A DNA stretch of 63,121 bases, filler included, from Octopus bimaculoides (GCF_001194135.2; 6 parts of 6 records of this genome joined end to end with filler, not necessarily neighbours in it), one strand, 5' to 3'. Numbered from the whole stretch's first letter, positions 12,899 to 27,280 are shown. Made by a program: numbers and translations. Notes: a model not told the origin generated them from the letters alone.

Positions 12899-13300
12899 GG
12901 CGCAGACGTGAGTGCATGGTAAGAAGTTTGCTTCCCAAGCACATACTTTCAATTTCAATCTCACTGTGTTGCACCTTGGTAACTGTCTTTTATTATAGCC
13001 ATGGACCGACCAGAGTCGTGTGAGTGAATTTGGTAGACAGAAACAGAAAGAAACTCGCCTTATGTGTATTTATCTATTCGCTTATGTATTTGTACTATTG
13101 ATTCTTCCCTCACTGCCACATGAAAACCGGCGTTGGTTTGTTTATGTTCTCAAAGTAGCGGTTTGTCATCGGGGCCTAATAGAATATGTACGAAGCTTCA
13201 GACAAAGAAAGAAGGTCATCAAGTCGATTCGGTGGACTAAAAACCCTCAGCCCGACGTAGTTGCAGTCTAGTTACTGAAAACAATAAAGATAAGAGATAA
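12899..13300 (+). mobile_element. tRNA-derived SINE (family B), diverged
   Basis: ggcgcag..gtgtggtaagaagtttgcttcccaa head and tagacagaaacagaaagaa body shared with other copies in the window. Confidence 0.8.
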
Positions 13301-13403
13301 ACAAGAACGCAGTTTCTTCTTCAGGAGGGAAAACAACTTCAGGAAAAAGATACATAACTTCTAAATAAGTCTCTGTACTGTTGACAGAGGGGACTAGAAT
13401 TCT

Positions 13404-13548
13404 GAGGGAAGGAGTTAATCGGTATCGACTCGGGTGCTCAACTGACACTTATTTCATAGGCCCTTAAATGTTGAAAGGGAAAGTCAGCCTCGGTGAAACT
13501 TAAATTCAGGACATAAAAACGGACGAAATATCGCTATGCATTTTCTCC
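13404..13548 (-). mobile_element. SINE (family A) fragment
   Basis: Reverse complement resembles the ...cggtatttcgtc..gagttcaaat..gtcgactttgcctttc..gtcgat family. Confidence 0.6.
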
Positions 13549-13680
13549 CAAGTGCGAGTTCACATTCTTATAAAATGTAAATAATACAAAATTCTGTATA
13601 TTTACTATTTATTAATTACACACAACCACACGCCCACACACAAGGAAACCACACATACACAAATATACACACACACACAG

Positions 13681-13744
<64 letters not shown>

Positions 13745-13767
13745 ACACACAGAAGCACGCACACACA

Positions 13768-13905
13768 CGGCGACGAGTTGACTGAATCTGAAAATGCTTT
13801 GCGGTATTTTGTTCCGGCATTTTACTTTCAAAGTTCTTTATGTTCGAATTTCATGGAAATTAACTTTCATCCCCAACAGAGATTATGGGGGTTGATAAAA
13901 TGATG
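13768..13905 (+). mobile_element. SINE (family A) degraded fragment
   Basis: ggcgacgag..aaatgctttgcggtattt..ctttcatcc..ggggttgataaa. Confidence 0.5.
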
Positions 13906-14882
13906 TCGATGATATTCAAAATCCCCACACTTCAAATTGTCTGCCCTTGAGCGTAAATCACAAACAATTAATCGTTATTTTTTATTGCAACAGGTGTATG
14001 CTGGTACACACACGCACAAACACACAAACACACACACACACAAACACACACACTCATACAAATATATATACACATATATATAAGACAAAGGCAGAGAGGA
14101 AAATCACAGAGACTTACTAAACGTGAATAGATCTGACATCAGAAACAGTTATTCTTGATTTCTCAATACAATTTTGAATACTCAAATAATAAATTAATTG
14201 CAATAATATGAAGAATAAACATCAATCAATATCTTTATCTCTTCATTGATTTTCGAAAAGGTAGAAGAAATTTTCACGTCCTTCTGTATATATATATATA
14301 TATATATATAAGAGTTTTGTAATGGCATGTCAACGTGCACGCAAATGTGCCTATGTGTTTCTATATGTTTTTCTGATTGTACGACTAAGTGTAATGTTGC
14401 CATTAGAAAGTGACATGGCATAAAGTCGGGGTAACATTAAGTATAAAAGAACCATGCAGTCGTGAGATTTTTCGAAACAAATTATCAACATGGATAAAAC
14501 CTTTCCAAGCAATCACTTCTCATTTGCCGTATCACACGCGCGCGCGCATGCACACGCGCACACGCACGCACACAGAGACACACACACACAAACATACATT
14601 CGTGTATATGTATATACATATACATATATCTATATATACATAAATACATGTATATATATGTGTCTATATATATACACACACACACATATATATACATATA
14701 CATACATATATATATATACACATACATATAAATATACATATATATACGTCTCTGTGTGTGTGCGTGCGTGCGTGTGTGTGTGCATGCGTGTGTGTGCGTG
14801 GCAATGTATCTCTATGTATGTGTACTAATATATATATANNNNNNNNNNNNNNNNNNNNNNNNNNNNNNNNNNNNNNNNNNNN

Positions 14883-14894
14883 TTAATTAATTAA
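14883..14894. other. Artificial assembly spacer TTAATTAATTAA within N runs (also at 23804, 28762, 42869, 57428)
   Basis: Identical palindromic 12-mer with TAA in all six frames, always centred in a ~100-nt N block. Confidence 0.95.
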
Positions 14895-14938
14895 NNNNNN
14901 NNNNNNNNNNNNNNNNNNNNNNNNNNNNNNNNNNNNNN

Positions 14939-14970
<32 letters not shown>

Positions 14971-15328
14971 TTATATGTATATCCATACTTATATATGTAT
15001 TTATATATCTATGCGTGTGTGTGTACCATATACTTGTGCGTGTGGGGGGGGGTATAATATACATGTGTGTGCGTGTGCGTGTGAGTGTATGTGTGTAGGT
15101 ATATATATGCACACTTACGTATGTGTGTCTGTGTATCCAAACTCACATTTTGGCCATCTAGACAACGTTATCTAAATTCCAATGAAAGAACCTTATTTCC
15201 GGTTTGGAGACTGAGTTTTTATCTATTGCAAAGTAACTTAAAAATTAAATCAGAACACACACTTGTGCCCCAACCCTCACACAGGCACAACCATTCATAT
15301 AACCATTCATTCATGCGTAGATATATAC

Positions 15329-15389
15329 GCACAGGGGATTATATCACAGTATCTTTATCTCTAACAGTAAATTACATATAGTCCTTTCA
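15329..15389 (+). repeat. 61-bp sequence with an inverted copy at 18013-18073
   Basis: Direct alignment: 56/61 identical to the reverse complement of 18013-18073. Confidence 0.9.
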
Positions 15390-15438
15390 TACAATGCATT
15401 ACAGAATACACAATTGTCTGCACGTTAGTGTATAAGTG

Positions 15439-15499
<61 letters not shown>

Positions 15500-16098
15500 N
15501 NNNNNNNNNNNNNNNNNNNNNNNNNNNNNNNNNNNNNNNNNNNNNNNNNNNNNNNNNNNNNNNNNNNNNNNNNNNNNNNNNNNNNNNNNNNNNNNNNNNN
15601 NNNNNNNNNNNNNNNNNNNNNNNNNNNNNNNNNNNNNNNNNNNNNNNNNNNNNNNNNNNNNNNNNNNNNNNNNNNNNNNNNNNNNNNNNNNNNNNNNNNN
15701 NNNNNNNNNNNNNNNNNNNNNNNNNNNNNNNNNNNNNNNNNNNNNNNNNNNNNNNNNNNNNNNNNNNNNNNNNNNNNNNNNNNNNNNNNNNNNNNNNNNN
15801 NNNNNNNNNNNNNNNNNNNNNNNNNNNNNNNNNNNNNNNNNNNNNNNNNNNNNNNNNNNNNNNNNNNNNNNNNNNNNNNNNNNNNNNNNNNNNNNNNNNN
15901 NNNNNNNNNNNNNNNNNNNNNNNNNNNNNNNNNNNNNNNNNNNNNNNNNNNNNNNNNNNNNNNNNNNNNNNNNNNNNNNNNNNNNNNNNNNNNNNNNNNN
16001 NNNNNNNNNNNNNNNNNNNNNNNNNNNNNNNNNNNNNNNNNNNNNNNNNNNNNNNNNNNNNNNNNNNNNNNNNNNNNNNNNNNNNNNNNNNNNNNNNN

Positions 16099-16143
<45 letters not shown>

Positions 16144-16988
16144 ATGTATATATATGCATATATATATGTAATTGTTAAAAGAAGAATGTAAAGATAGAGA
16201 GAGAGAGAGAGAGAGATAAAGACAAAGATATATTGATCCACATGTGTACGTTAACACGCACATACGCACTTATGCAATTTATAACCATCAATCCATATAT
16301 AAGCATGTATATATACATATAGATGCATACATAAGTACACTCGCTCAAACACACGCACAGACATCTATATATATATATATATATATATATATAGGTATGT
16401 ATGTATGTATATACGCGCGCAAATACGTATATCTACGAATACACAACTGCATGCTGGATTCACGATCTACAGGACCGCGCCACCGGCGTCTAATGACATA
16501 ATTATATTAGAGGGATCTGGAGATGTCTTAGTTAGTAAGTAATTTGTAGCTGTCTTGCTGTGTCTTAATGAAACGATAATACTGGCTACAGTCTCAAGCT
16601 TACATGAATACGCAAACACAATGGAAGATAAACAGGCGGAACAACCATACGCCCATACACATGCGCAAAATATTCGTATACATATACGCATGCATGCGTA
16701 TGTATGTGTACGTAAATAAGATGAGCATATACTAATGTAAATAATTATGTATATATATATATACATGTATACATATGTGTGGGTGTGAGCGCATATATGT
16801 ATATATACCCAAACACACGGGCATACATATATATGTATACACATACACGCACATACACACACGCATATATGCTTCTGTAGTGACGTGTACATTTGCATAA
16901 GGATCAAGATGAGATAATTATACGCTACCAAAGTCTATGCTATTAACGTGTATATACGCGTGTGCGAGCATCTATCCATGTATATGCA

Positions 16989-17034
<46 letters not shown>

Positions 17035-18012
17035 CATACATATTGGTAGAGCAAAATGCAGGAGATAAATTGTGGTATGTATATATATATANNNNNNNNN
17101 NNNNNNNNNNNNNNNNNNNNNNNNNNNNNNNNNNNNNNNNNNNNNNNNNNNNNNNNNNNNNNNNNNNNNNNNNNNNNNNNNNNNNNNNNNNNNNNNNNNN
17201 NNNNNNNNNNNNNNNNNNNNNNNNNNNNNNNNNNNNNNNNNNNNNNNNNNNNNNNNNNNNNNNNNNNNNNNNNNNNNNNNNNNNNNNNNNNNNNNNNNNN
17301 NNNNNNNNNNNNNNNNNNNNNNNNNNNNNNNNNNNNNNNNNNNNNNNNNNNNATACATATATGTATAACTTCATATATATATACATATACATACACACTC
17401 GCTTGCGTATGTATATACAACATGTATACGTATATACGTATGTATATGCATATGTGTGTGTATGAGTAAATATGATATATATATATATATACACATATAT
17501 ACATATATACACATATTTATACTTATACATATAGCTATATATATATCTGTATGTATATGATATATATATATACATATATATAGCTATGCACATATCAATG
17601 TATACACACACATATGTATATGTTTGTATGTAGTAATGTATGTATGTACGTATGTATGTATGTATGTATGTATGTATGTATGTATGTGTGTATGTATGTG
17701 TGTATTATGTTGGTTCGTGATTGGTTACATTTGTGAATATGCACGTATCAAAACCATACACACAACCTTCCAATGAACAGACGCCATATTAAGGACAAGG
17801 CAAACTTTTAATGCATATTCGTATCTCTGCTTATCAAACTAACCACACACGCACACGTACACATACGATACGTGTACAGCTAACGCATATACACTTATAG
17901 CATATACATATTAAGCACACGCATTCACATAGCACGAACGTCCCCCACAAGCGTATATCCACACACACTGATGTACAGACTATTCTATACACAATAATGC
18001 TTGTAGCGAGTT

Positions 18013-18073
18013 TGAAAGGGCTACATGTAATTTACTATTAGAGACAAAGATACTGTGATATAATCCCCTATGC
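18013..18073 (-). repeat. Inverted copy of 15329-15389
   Basis: See partner; weaker similarity extends about 30-40 bp on each side. Confidence 0.9.
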
Positions 18074-18094
18074 GTGTGTATGCACATATGAATG

Positions 18095-18126
<32 letters not shown>

Positions 18127-18749
18127 NNNNNNNNNNNNNNNNNNNNNNNNNNNNNNNNNNNNNNNNNNNNNNNNNNNNNNNNNNNNNNNNNNNNNNNNNN
18201 NNNNNNNNNNNNNNNNNNNNNNNNNNNNNNNNNNNNNNNNNNNNNNNNNNNNNNNNNNNNNNNNNNNNNNNNNNNNNNNNNNNNNNNNNNNNNNNNNNNN
18301 NNNNNNNNNNNNNNNNNNNNNNNNNNNNNNNNNNNNNNNNNNNNNNNNNNNNNNNNNNNNNNNNNNNNNNNNNNNNNNNNNNNNNNNNNNNNNNNNNNNN
18401 NNNNNNNNNNNNNNNNNNNNNNNNNNNNNNNNNNNNNNNNNNNNNNNNNNNNNNNNNNNNNNNNNNNNNNNNNNNNNNNNNNNNNNNNNNNNNNNNNNNN
18501 NNNNNNNNNNNNNNNNNNNNNNNNNNNNNNNNNNNNNNNNNNNNNNNNNNNNNNNNNNNNNNNNNNNNNNNNNNNNNNNNNNNNNNNNNNNNNNNNNNNN
18601 NNNNNNNNNNNNNNNNNNNNNNNNNNNNNNNNNNNNNNNNNNNNNNNNNNNNNNNNNNNNNNNNNNNNNNNNNNNNNNNNNNNNNNNNNNNNNNNNNNNN
18701 NNNNNNNNNNNNNNNNNNNNNNNNNNNNNNNNNNNNNNNNNNNNNNNNN

Positions 18750-18804
<55 letters not shown>

Positions 18805-19159
18805 CTGGCCTTGTTTTCGACATTACTAGTGCAAAATACAAAGAAACAGTCTCCAAACATAAAAAGATCAATTGTATTGCAATTTTAAACATCATCTATG
18901 TATTGCAATTTTAAGCATCATCTATGTTTGTATGCATATATGCATGTATGAATGCATGAGAGATATGAACTTCGTTCGTTCCTTTCGATGCCTTTGTTTA
19001 ATTTTTTTTTCAATGTGAAATTAGTATCCAGCGAGTTCCGTCGCAGAAGTTTGGTCAACCGATTGAATCATTGATGCAAGTCGAAATACAAATGTACATT
19101 GCATCCTTAGACATACATGCCTCCAGATTGTACTTGTGACATCTGCTTTGCGTTGCATG

Positions 19160-19420
19160 CTCATTGATGGCATCGGCCTAACAATCATGAGGTAATGTGT
19201 TCGATTCCCGAACTGGGTTGTGTGTTGTGTTCTTGCGCAAGACACTTTATTTCACATTACTCCAAGTTCACTCAGCTTTAGAAATGAGTTGCGACGTCAC
19301 TGGTGCCAAGTTGTATCGGCGTTTGCCTTTCTCTTGGATAACATCGATGGCGTGGAGAAGGGTGACTGGTATACATGGAGCAAAAGCTGATCCTCCCTCA
19401 ACGACCTTACATTCTAGATG
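19160..19420 (+). mobile_element. tRNA-derived SINE (distinct family, MetaSINE-like central domain)
   Basis: gttcgattcc B box followed by ttgtgttcttgcgcaagacactttatttcacatt, typical of conserved SINE central domains; family assignment from memory. Confidence 0.65.
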
Positions 19421-19494
19421 CAATCCCATTATCATTCAGGACCAAAGAGTTCTATGCCCATTATCCTTTATACGTTATATTGTCTTTGCTCTTC

Positions 19495-19669
19495 TTTGCG
19501 TGTAACCTCTTTTACACTTTTACTTGTTGCAGTCATTAGACTGCGGTCATGCTGGGGCACTACCTTGAAGAATTTTAATCCAATAAATCGACCCGCTAGG
19601 TTACGTGGGCGTAAACACATCAACACCGGCTGCCAAGCACTGGTGGAGGACAAATACAGGCACACACAC

Positions 19670-19670
<1 letters not shown>
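19495..19670 (-). mobile_element. SINE family B 3' part
   Basis: cttttacttgttgcagtcattagactgcggtcatgctggggcac matches 29515 and 31660 copies. Confidence 0.75.
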
Positions 19671-19703
<33 letters not shown>

Positions 19704-19713
19704 NNNNNNNNNN

Positions 19714-19750
<37 letters not shown>

Positions 19751-20381
19751 GAGAGGGAGAGAGGTAATGAGAAGTAATGGTGTCAATAAGACCCAAAGGT
19801 GTCAGGTAATGCTGAGTAAGTGCTATGGACAGACCATATTTAAGCTTATATATCTAATATTCTTTTAGTTTTTTTCATTACCCTGCTGGAATTGCACATC
19901 TCTACGTCACAAGAGGGTTCCAGTATCATACGATATTTTTTTACCTTAGAAGAGGACGTCTCTTAGTTCAATATTTCTTCAATTCTTAAGAATGTCAATG
20001 AGCCACCAGCGTAGCTGTTTTCCCAGAAATAGAGAGAGATGAGAAATGAGACAAGTAAACAGATAGACAGACAGACAGACAGACAGGCAAAGACAGACTG
20101 ATCGTCAAATACAGACGAATGAATCCCGATAGTTGCTTACTAGTTTTTTTATTATCTCCCTGAGTAAGGTAAATGGCAATGTTGATCCGGGCGGAGGATT
20201 ATGTTCTCGTAACATACAGAGGGAGAGAAAGACTGTGACAACAGACAGAAAGAGATAGGGAGTGGGGAGAGGGGGAACTGACCCGGAATGAATAATGTGT
20301 TCAATATATTTTATGCGATGTTCTGCCTACTTGGCCAATTCGGCGTTCTAAGTCTAAAAAACAAAACAAAAAGCAAATGAA

Positions 20382-20786
20382 GGCAGCAAGGATGTTGAAA
20401 CGATAGCATGCCGGAAGAAATGCTTAGCGGTATTTCGTCTGCCGTTACGTTCTGAGTTCAAATTCCGCCGAGGTCGACTTTGCCTTTCATCCTTTCGGGG
20501 TCGATAAATTAAGTACCAGTTACGCACTGGGTCGATGTAATCGACTTAATCCGTTCGTCTGTTCTTGTTTGTTCCCTCTATGTTTAGCCCCTTGTGGGCA
20601 ATAACGAAATAGGGATTGCATCCGCCAATACGTTCTGAGTTCAAAATCCGCCGAAGTCGACTTTAACTTTCGTCCTTTCGGGGTTCGTAAATTAAGCACA
20701 AATTAAGCACTGGAATCGATGTAATCGACTAAACTCTGCTCCTCAAAACATTCCAGGCCTTCTTTCTAGAGTAGAAAGGATTATTT
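20382..20786 (+). mobile_element. Two tandem SINE family A copies (20382-20613 full, 20614-20786 5'-truncated)
   Basis: Repeated tacgttctgagttcaaa.tccgccga.gtcgacttt..cctttcgggg..taaattaag blocks. Confidence 0.88.
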
Positions 20787-20928
20787 CATCATAAAGTTAT
20801 GTATTTGTTTACATTCTACTCTTACTTTCGTTTAGTTTAATCTCGATAATTTTACCACTCTCTCTGTCGCTCTCTCTCTCTCTCAGTCTATCTATCTATA
20901 TATCTAACTGTTTCTCTCTCTATCTATC

Positions 20929-20963
<35 letters not shown>

Positions 20964-22122
20964 CTACCTCTCTCACATTACTCTGTATAATGTCGAAATA
21001 TCAATTTACATTGAACAATCCTTAGCAGTTAGTTATATCCTAATATTACTATAATTCTCTTACTTAAACTTTGGGCAACACTATAAAAGACGCATCGTTC
21101 CCAACCCACTCTAGTAATCATCACACACACACACACATACACACACACACATACACACACACACATACACACACACACACACACACACGCACAATCATTT
21201 TACGATTCTTGGGGATTTCCATTTGAGGTTTTTCTTGTTCATATTGTTTTTGCATTCGTTTTGTGCTTTAATGCTATTATAATGTTCGTTTATACTTTTT
21301 CTATTTTTGTCTCTTTTTGATATGTCTTTTTTTTGGAGGGGAGGGGTGTCGTTTTCCTTTGTTGTAGTCGTTGTTGTTGCTGTTGTTGTTGCTGTTGTTG
21401 TTCTTGTCGTTGTTGTTCCATTTTTGATTTTTCTTGCCATTCTTTCGTCTCAATCATTTCTCTTTAAATGACGGATAGGGAGGAATGGTGTAGGGTGAGA
21501 GAAGGCGGTGAAAAACAAAACAAAAAGAAGAAAAAAAACCCCAGAAAATTGAGAGAAGAAGAAGAAAGGCAGAAAAGGTAGAAAAGGTTGGAAAGTTATG
21601 GAGTGAGAGAGATGTAGGGAGGTGGGAAGTTACACAGAATCACAGATTGACTAAAGAAAGAAAAGAAAAATAGCCAAAAAAAGAGTGCAAAAAATCAAAG
21701 AGAGAGAGACATTCACTCAAAGTAGAAATTAGTGACAGAGATTGCCGACTAATTGTGCAAGAAGCGATTCTTAGTAATGTCTGTTTTGCAATTTGCTTTC
21801 TGCTGTATCATCTCATTAACTTGATGTGGAGCTGCTGTCTTTTGTTTCAGACATTCTGTAGAAAATCGGTGAAAATTCTTACCTCAGTTTGTTTAATGGA
21901 TTTCCATAAAATTAGCCGAAATAAAAGATTTTTGAGGAATGTCAGTGAGCAAATATGCGGCGTGTGTAAAAATCTGCGTATGAAATTGCATTGGATTATG
22001 TATATGAATATATATATAAACATAAGTATGTGCGCGCATGTGTGTGTGTGTGTGTGTGTGAAAATGCGTGCATATTTCGGTATACGGATACTTTCTTGTG
22101 TGTTTGTGCATATACGTACGTA

Positions 22123-22162
<40 letters not shown>

Positions 22163-22167
22163 TATAT

Positions 22168-22215
<48 letters not shown>

Positions 22216-22519
22216 ATATATACGTATATATGTATATATATGTATACATGCATATATATATATATATATATTACATATATATATATATATATATCATCTG
22301 TACGAGCCTTCCTGAATGATTATGTGTGCAAGCATGTATACATAAATACATAAACATATTCGCATGCATCGTCGCACATATACAGGCATTATATGTAAAT
22401 TATCTTGATTGCATACTCGAATGTATAGTATAATCATCGCATACCAACATTACTCATGTTATATGCATATATGGTTGTAGGTGTGTATGTCTGTATGTAT
22501 GATCGTATAGATAAAATTG

Positions 22520-22560
<41 letters not shown>

Positions 22561-23175
22561 NNNNNNNNNNNNNNNNNNNNNNNNNNNNNNNNNNNNNNNN
22601 NNNNNNNNNNNNNNNNNNNNNNNNNNNNNNNNNNNNNNNNNNNNNNNNNNNNNNNNNNNNNNNNNNNNNNNNNNNNNNNNNNNNNNNNNNNNNNNNNNNN
22701 NNNNNNNNNNNNNNNNNNNNNNNNNNNNNNNNNNNNNNNNNNNNNNNNNNNNNNNNNNNNNNNNNNNNNNNNNNNNNNNNNNNNNNNNNNNNNNNNNNNN
22801 NNNNNNNNNNNNNNNNNNNNNNNNNNNNNNNNNNNNNNNNNNNNNNNNNNNNNNNNNNNNNNNNNNNNNNNNNNNNNNNNNNNNNNNNNNNNNNNNNNNN
22901 NNNNNNNNNNNNNNNNNNNNNNNNNNNNNNNNNNNNNNNNNNNNNNNNNNNNNNNNNNNNNNNNNNNNNNNNNNNNNNNNNNNNNNNNNNNNNNNNNNNN
23001 NNNNNNNNNNNNNNNNNNNNNNNNNNNNNNNNNNNNNNNNNNNNNNNNNNNNNNNNNNNNNNNNNNNNNNNNNNNNNNNNNNNNNNNNNNNNNNNNNNNN
23101 NNNNNNNNNNNNNNNNNNNNNNNNNNNNNNNNNNNTTACATTTCCAAGATGGAAAAAGAAATAAGTGATTTTACG

Positions 23176-23183
23176 AGTAGTAA

Positions 23184-23252
<69 letters not shown>
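23176..23252 (+). repeat. (TAG)n microsatellite
   Basis: Direct reading; one of dozens of (AT)n, (AC)n, (AG)n, (CTAT)n, (CATA)n, (TAA)n, (GAT)n tracts across the window. Confidence 0.95.
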
Positions 23253-23395
23253 CAGCTATAGGTCTCTCTATATATCTATGTATCTGCACGCCTGACTATC
23301 TTTTCTATCTTTCTATCTATTTATCTATTTATCTGCCTTTCTGTTTTTGCATTTATTTATCTATCTATATATGTGTGTCTGTGTGTGTGTGTGTC

Positions 23396-23441
<46 letters not shown>

Positions 23442-23505
23442 TGTGTGTATGTGTGTAGATACACATGAGATAGTGTGTGCGAGTGCAATGTATTGAGCAT
23501 TGTGT

Positions 23506-23548
<43 letters not shown>

Positions 23549-23576
23549 CATACATACATACATACATACATACATG

Positions 23577-23612
<36 letters not shown>

Positions 23613-23638
23613 TATATCAAACTATCACTCTCTCCCTT

Positions 23639-23669
<31 letters not shown>

Positions 23670-23859
23670 GCATAAATACATACATATATACATGTGTGTG
23701 TGTTTGTGTACGTGAATATATACATGTCTATATATGTGTATATATATATATATGTGTGTNNNNNNNNNNNNNNNNNNNNNNNNNNNNNNNNNNNNNNNNN
23801 NNNTTAATTAATTAANNNNNNNNNNNNNNNNNNNNNNNNNNNNNNNNNNNNNNNNNNNN

Positions 23860-23894
<35 letters not shown>

Positions 23895-24639
23895 GCATAT
23901 ATATATATGTGTGTATGTGCATAAGTGTACAAATTAGTAGATTATGCTTATCACGATGATGTTTTATGCTGTTATTCTGCGACGAAGATTAACGCCAAAA
24001 AGATAAGACTCCTCCTCATTTTAAACAGAACAAACTACTGTATTCCCACTTTCTAAACCTATGGTACTTACTGATTGTCAATGCAGGCAATCAATAGTTT
24101 CTACGAATTTTGTTGCTTCGTTTAACATTTTGAAATACTAGGTGATTATTATACCCAGTAAACAACCGACACTTCCATCCATATCCCAAATACATTATAT
24201 TATGAATCAGTAGATGCAGAAAAGTATGCGTTTCCCTAAACAGATACTCTCTCTCTCACCAGGTGTGTTTCTCCGTTTGCTTCTCAGTAAGAAACAACTC
24301 TACCTTTCCACAGGTTGTTTTTTTAATCCTGCTGAGTGCTCGTACGCCTTCCCCAATCTGTATAGGTTTGCTGGTGTAGTTTAGTCACTGATCACCGGTT
24401 CATGAATCAGACTGTATCAGGTTACATGGTATCAGTAGAAGTAGAACCTTACTTGATCGCATAATTACTTCCGAATATACAAGAAGCTAACCGTAAACGA
24501 ATTAAAACAGCAAATAATATATAGATGAATATAGCTACTAAAGCTAAAAACGTTAGATACAAATCAATATCTACTGAAAAGAAACGGAGTTGCATTGTAG
24601 AATACCGGCAACCAAGCACTTAAAATGTCCAGCCATGGA

Positions 24640-25980
24640 CAAAAAGGTGCATCATTGTCATGGATACGCGGAGTAGCTGCGGTGCAAGAAGAATTCAAAT
24701 ATGTGGGAGTTTTATATTAGCATGATCAATATTTAAGAGACTTATAGGGTTAGAGATTGATCCGTGTCAGGTATCTGAGAAATTTCTCATTATTGATGTA
24801 TGAACTTTAGTTCAACCTGAAATCGATAAATCTCACAATTCAGGATTAGTTCCTAATTTCATGTCCTAAATCAATGATACTAAATCGAACAGTTCCCCTT
24901 TCTACTTTGGAATATGTGAATAAGTTAAATGTACTCTAGGTCACTTGAAATCCTATTTTCACACGGAAATCTGTGATAATTAAAATGGCATAATTTATAG
25001 CACAGTATACAATACAGCAGTTAAATAAATCACACATAAAGTCAGAATCGACCATACGAACTTGTTATATTTTGGTTCATCGGGTGGGTGGGAACAATTG
25101 AAGACGTCTAGATTGATAATAGATATACTGGAAACACTTTTGAAGGGAACAGGTAATCTTCTCGACAGCACAAGGCAAATAAATCTTTTCATACTAATTA
25201 ACTGAAATACTATCGAGAGATATAGGTGCATGGAGAATGAGAGTTTCTGAAGAAGGAAAAGTCAAAAGGAATTATGTTCTGCTTATTGGCGATGCATACC
25301 AGGAAATCCATCCACAAATGGAAGTAATGATTTATAGGTTAGTGGAAACGTCACATGACATATCCTATGGTGTTAAAAGAGTACCCTTTTAGCGCCATAG
25401 AATGTGTCATGGGAAGAAAAGATACATGCAGAGAGAAAAATAGTCATAAGAATATAAGAGATTGAAAGCAGAGTATCAAAGAAGAAAAACTAGTTGTTAA
25501 AGGAACATTTTCATAAGAATAAGATTGAAAGCCGAATATGTCTATGATTAGATAATGATTTGACAATAGTGAGATCTAAAAACTGGGTAGTATCTTCAGT
25601 AATTCTATGAAATAACTCTGACAGCCGTAGAAGAGAATCTGCTTGAAGATAAATAAGAGACAAATAGAAAACAATAAACATAAGTATCAAATGTTTGGAT
25701 GTTAAACGTAATGAAACAGATGTTAGGCTGTCATAGTATATGCAACAGGAAATGAGATGCTTATATTGTCCAATGAAAACGCTCAGAAAATATACTGCGA
25801 AACGTCGGAGAAAGGTCGAATCTATAGATGTGGAAAGAAAAAGAATAATGAAAGAATGGAAAGAAATATGATATAATAAAAAATTAAAATTACAGTCGAA
25901 TTCTAAGGAGCTAATTAGTAATTAACATAAAGTACAAAAGAATGAAGTATTTAGAAGATTGGATAAGATATTGGAATGAA
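24640..25980 (+). mobile_element. Highly degraded non-LTR retrotransposon RT C-terminal region (RTE/CR1-like)
   Basis: VQEEFKYVG (cf. V..FKYLG) at ~24680-24710 and LYFGS (cf. LLYGSE) at ~25065; otherwise stop-riddled. Confidence 0.4.
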
Positions 25981-26085
25981 AACCTTATGTATGTATGTAT
26001 GTATGCATGTTTGTATGTATGTATGTATGCATGTATGTATATATATGTGTGTGTGTATATATATCTATATTAGTATCTATATCTA

Positions 26086-27280
26086 TTGGGTGATTACATA
26101 AATAATGCGGTTTTTAATTTTTTTTTTTTTTTTCAGAATTAAGATAAACAAATTTCTTTCTTAATCTAAAATATACTCTCCTTCATTTTCTACAATTCTC
26201 TTCCATTCCATCTATCTGGAATACTTGCAGGGCCCGTCTTCCAAAATTCATTTGTCCGTGACGAAAACAACTCCTCCAGTACTGTTCTGACCTCGTCTAC
26301 AGAATTCCTGCTTTTCCGTCTAAATAATTTTCCAGACTGCGAAATAATTGATAATCAGATGGGGCATTGTCTGGCGAATATGGTGGGTGGAGCATGGTGT
26401 CCCATTCAAACTGCTCCAGCCTTTGAGATGTCATCCACGCTGTATGTGGCTGAGCATTATCCTGATGGAAGAACACCTTTCGTCTTGAAATCAAAGATGG
26501 TCGTTTTACTTCTAGCGCTGACTTACGCCGCTCAAGCTGCTCGCAGTAGACCTCTATTCTTATCGTTTGGTTTGGGTTTAAATGTTCGAAGTAGAATAAA
26601 CCTTTCATATCCCATCAAACAGATAACAACACTTTACGTGGGTAGCCTGGGGTGCCCGTGTTTCTCCTTTCCCTACCCACTGTCTTCGACGCCTGACACT
26701 TTTATAGTGAACCCATCTTTCGTCACCAGTCACTATACAGTCGAAAACAGGTTCATTCGAGAAATGTGACAGCAAAGAAGAGCACACATTCACGCTCTGC
26801 ATGCGATTAGCCTCGGAAAGTTTGTGAGGAACTCATTGATCCAACTTGCTGAGTATTCCGATAGCACGCGGGTGTCGATGAATGGTTGACTGACCAAATT
26901 CAAGCTTCTCTGCTAGTTCCTCCACAGTTACAATGAAATTTTGTTTCCCCAGGGATTGCAGGACGTCCTCGTCAAGCTCTACGGATCTTCCAGGTCGAGG
27001 ATCGTCTTCTAGGCTGTAGTTTCCGGCTCGGAGATTCTGGAACCACTGATGGGACTGGCTTACGCTTATTGTCCGATCCCAAAATACTGCATTAATATTC
27101 CTCGGATTAATATTGTCCATAAAGCAAAATATGTCGGATATGCTCCTTTGTCACTTCCATTATAGCTTTGAAAAAACAACTGTTAGAATTAAACTGCACA
27201 CTTCAAAACTTACACCAAAAATAAAGAGATAAATAGATAAGAAGGAGATAGATAAGACTACTACCTGCTTTTATAGCAAC
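26086..27280 (-). mobile_element. Mariner DNA transposon (DD34D), frameshifted; only one TIR evident
   Basis: TGDERWVHY, HQDNAQPH, HPPYSPDNAPSDYQLFRSL with exactly 34 residues between the 2nd and 3rd D; N-terminal HTH with DDPRPGRS; TA|ttgggtgattacataaataatgcgg terminus at 26086. Confidence 0.93.

Noticed and set aside
16440-16540. GC-richer exon-like patch (TAPPASNDIIILEGSGDVLV before GTAAGT)
   Set aside because: Weak acceptor, no recognisable protein, isolated.
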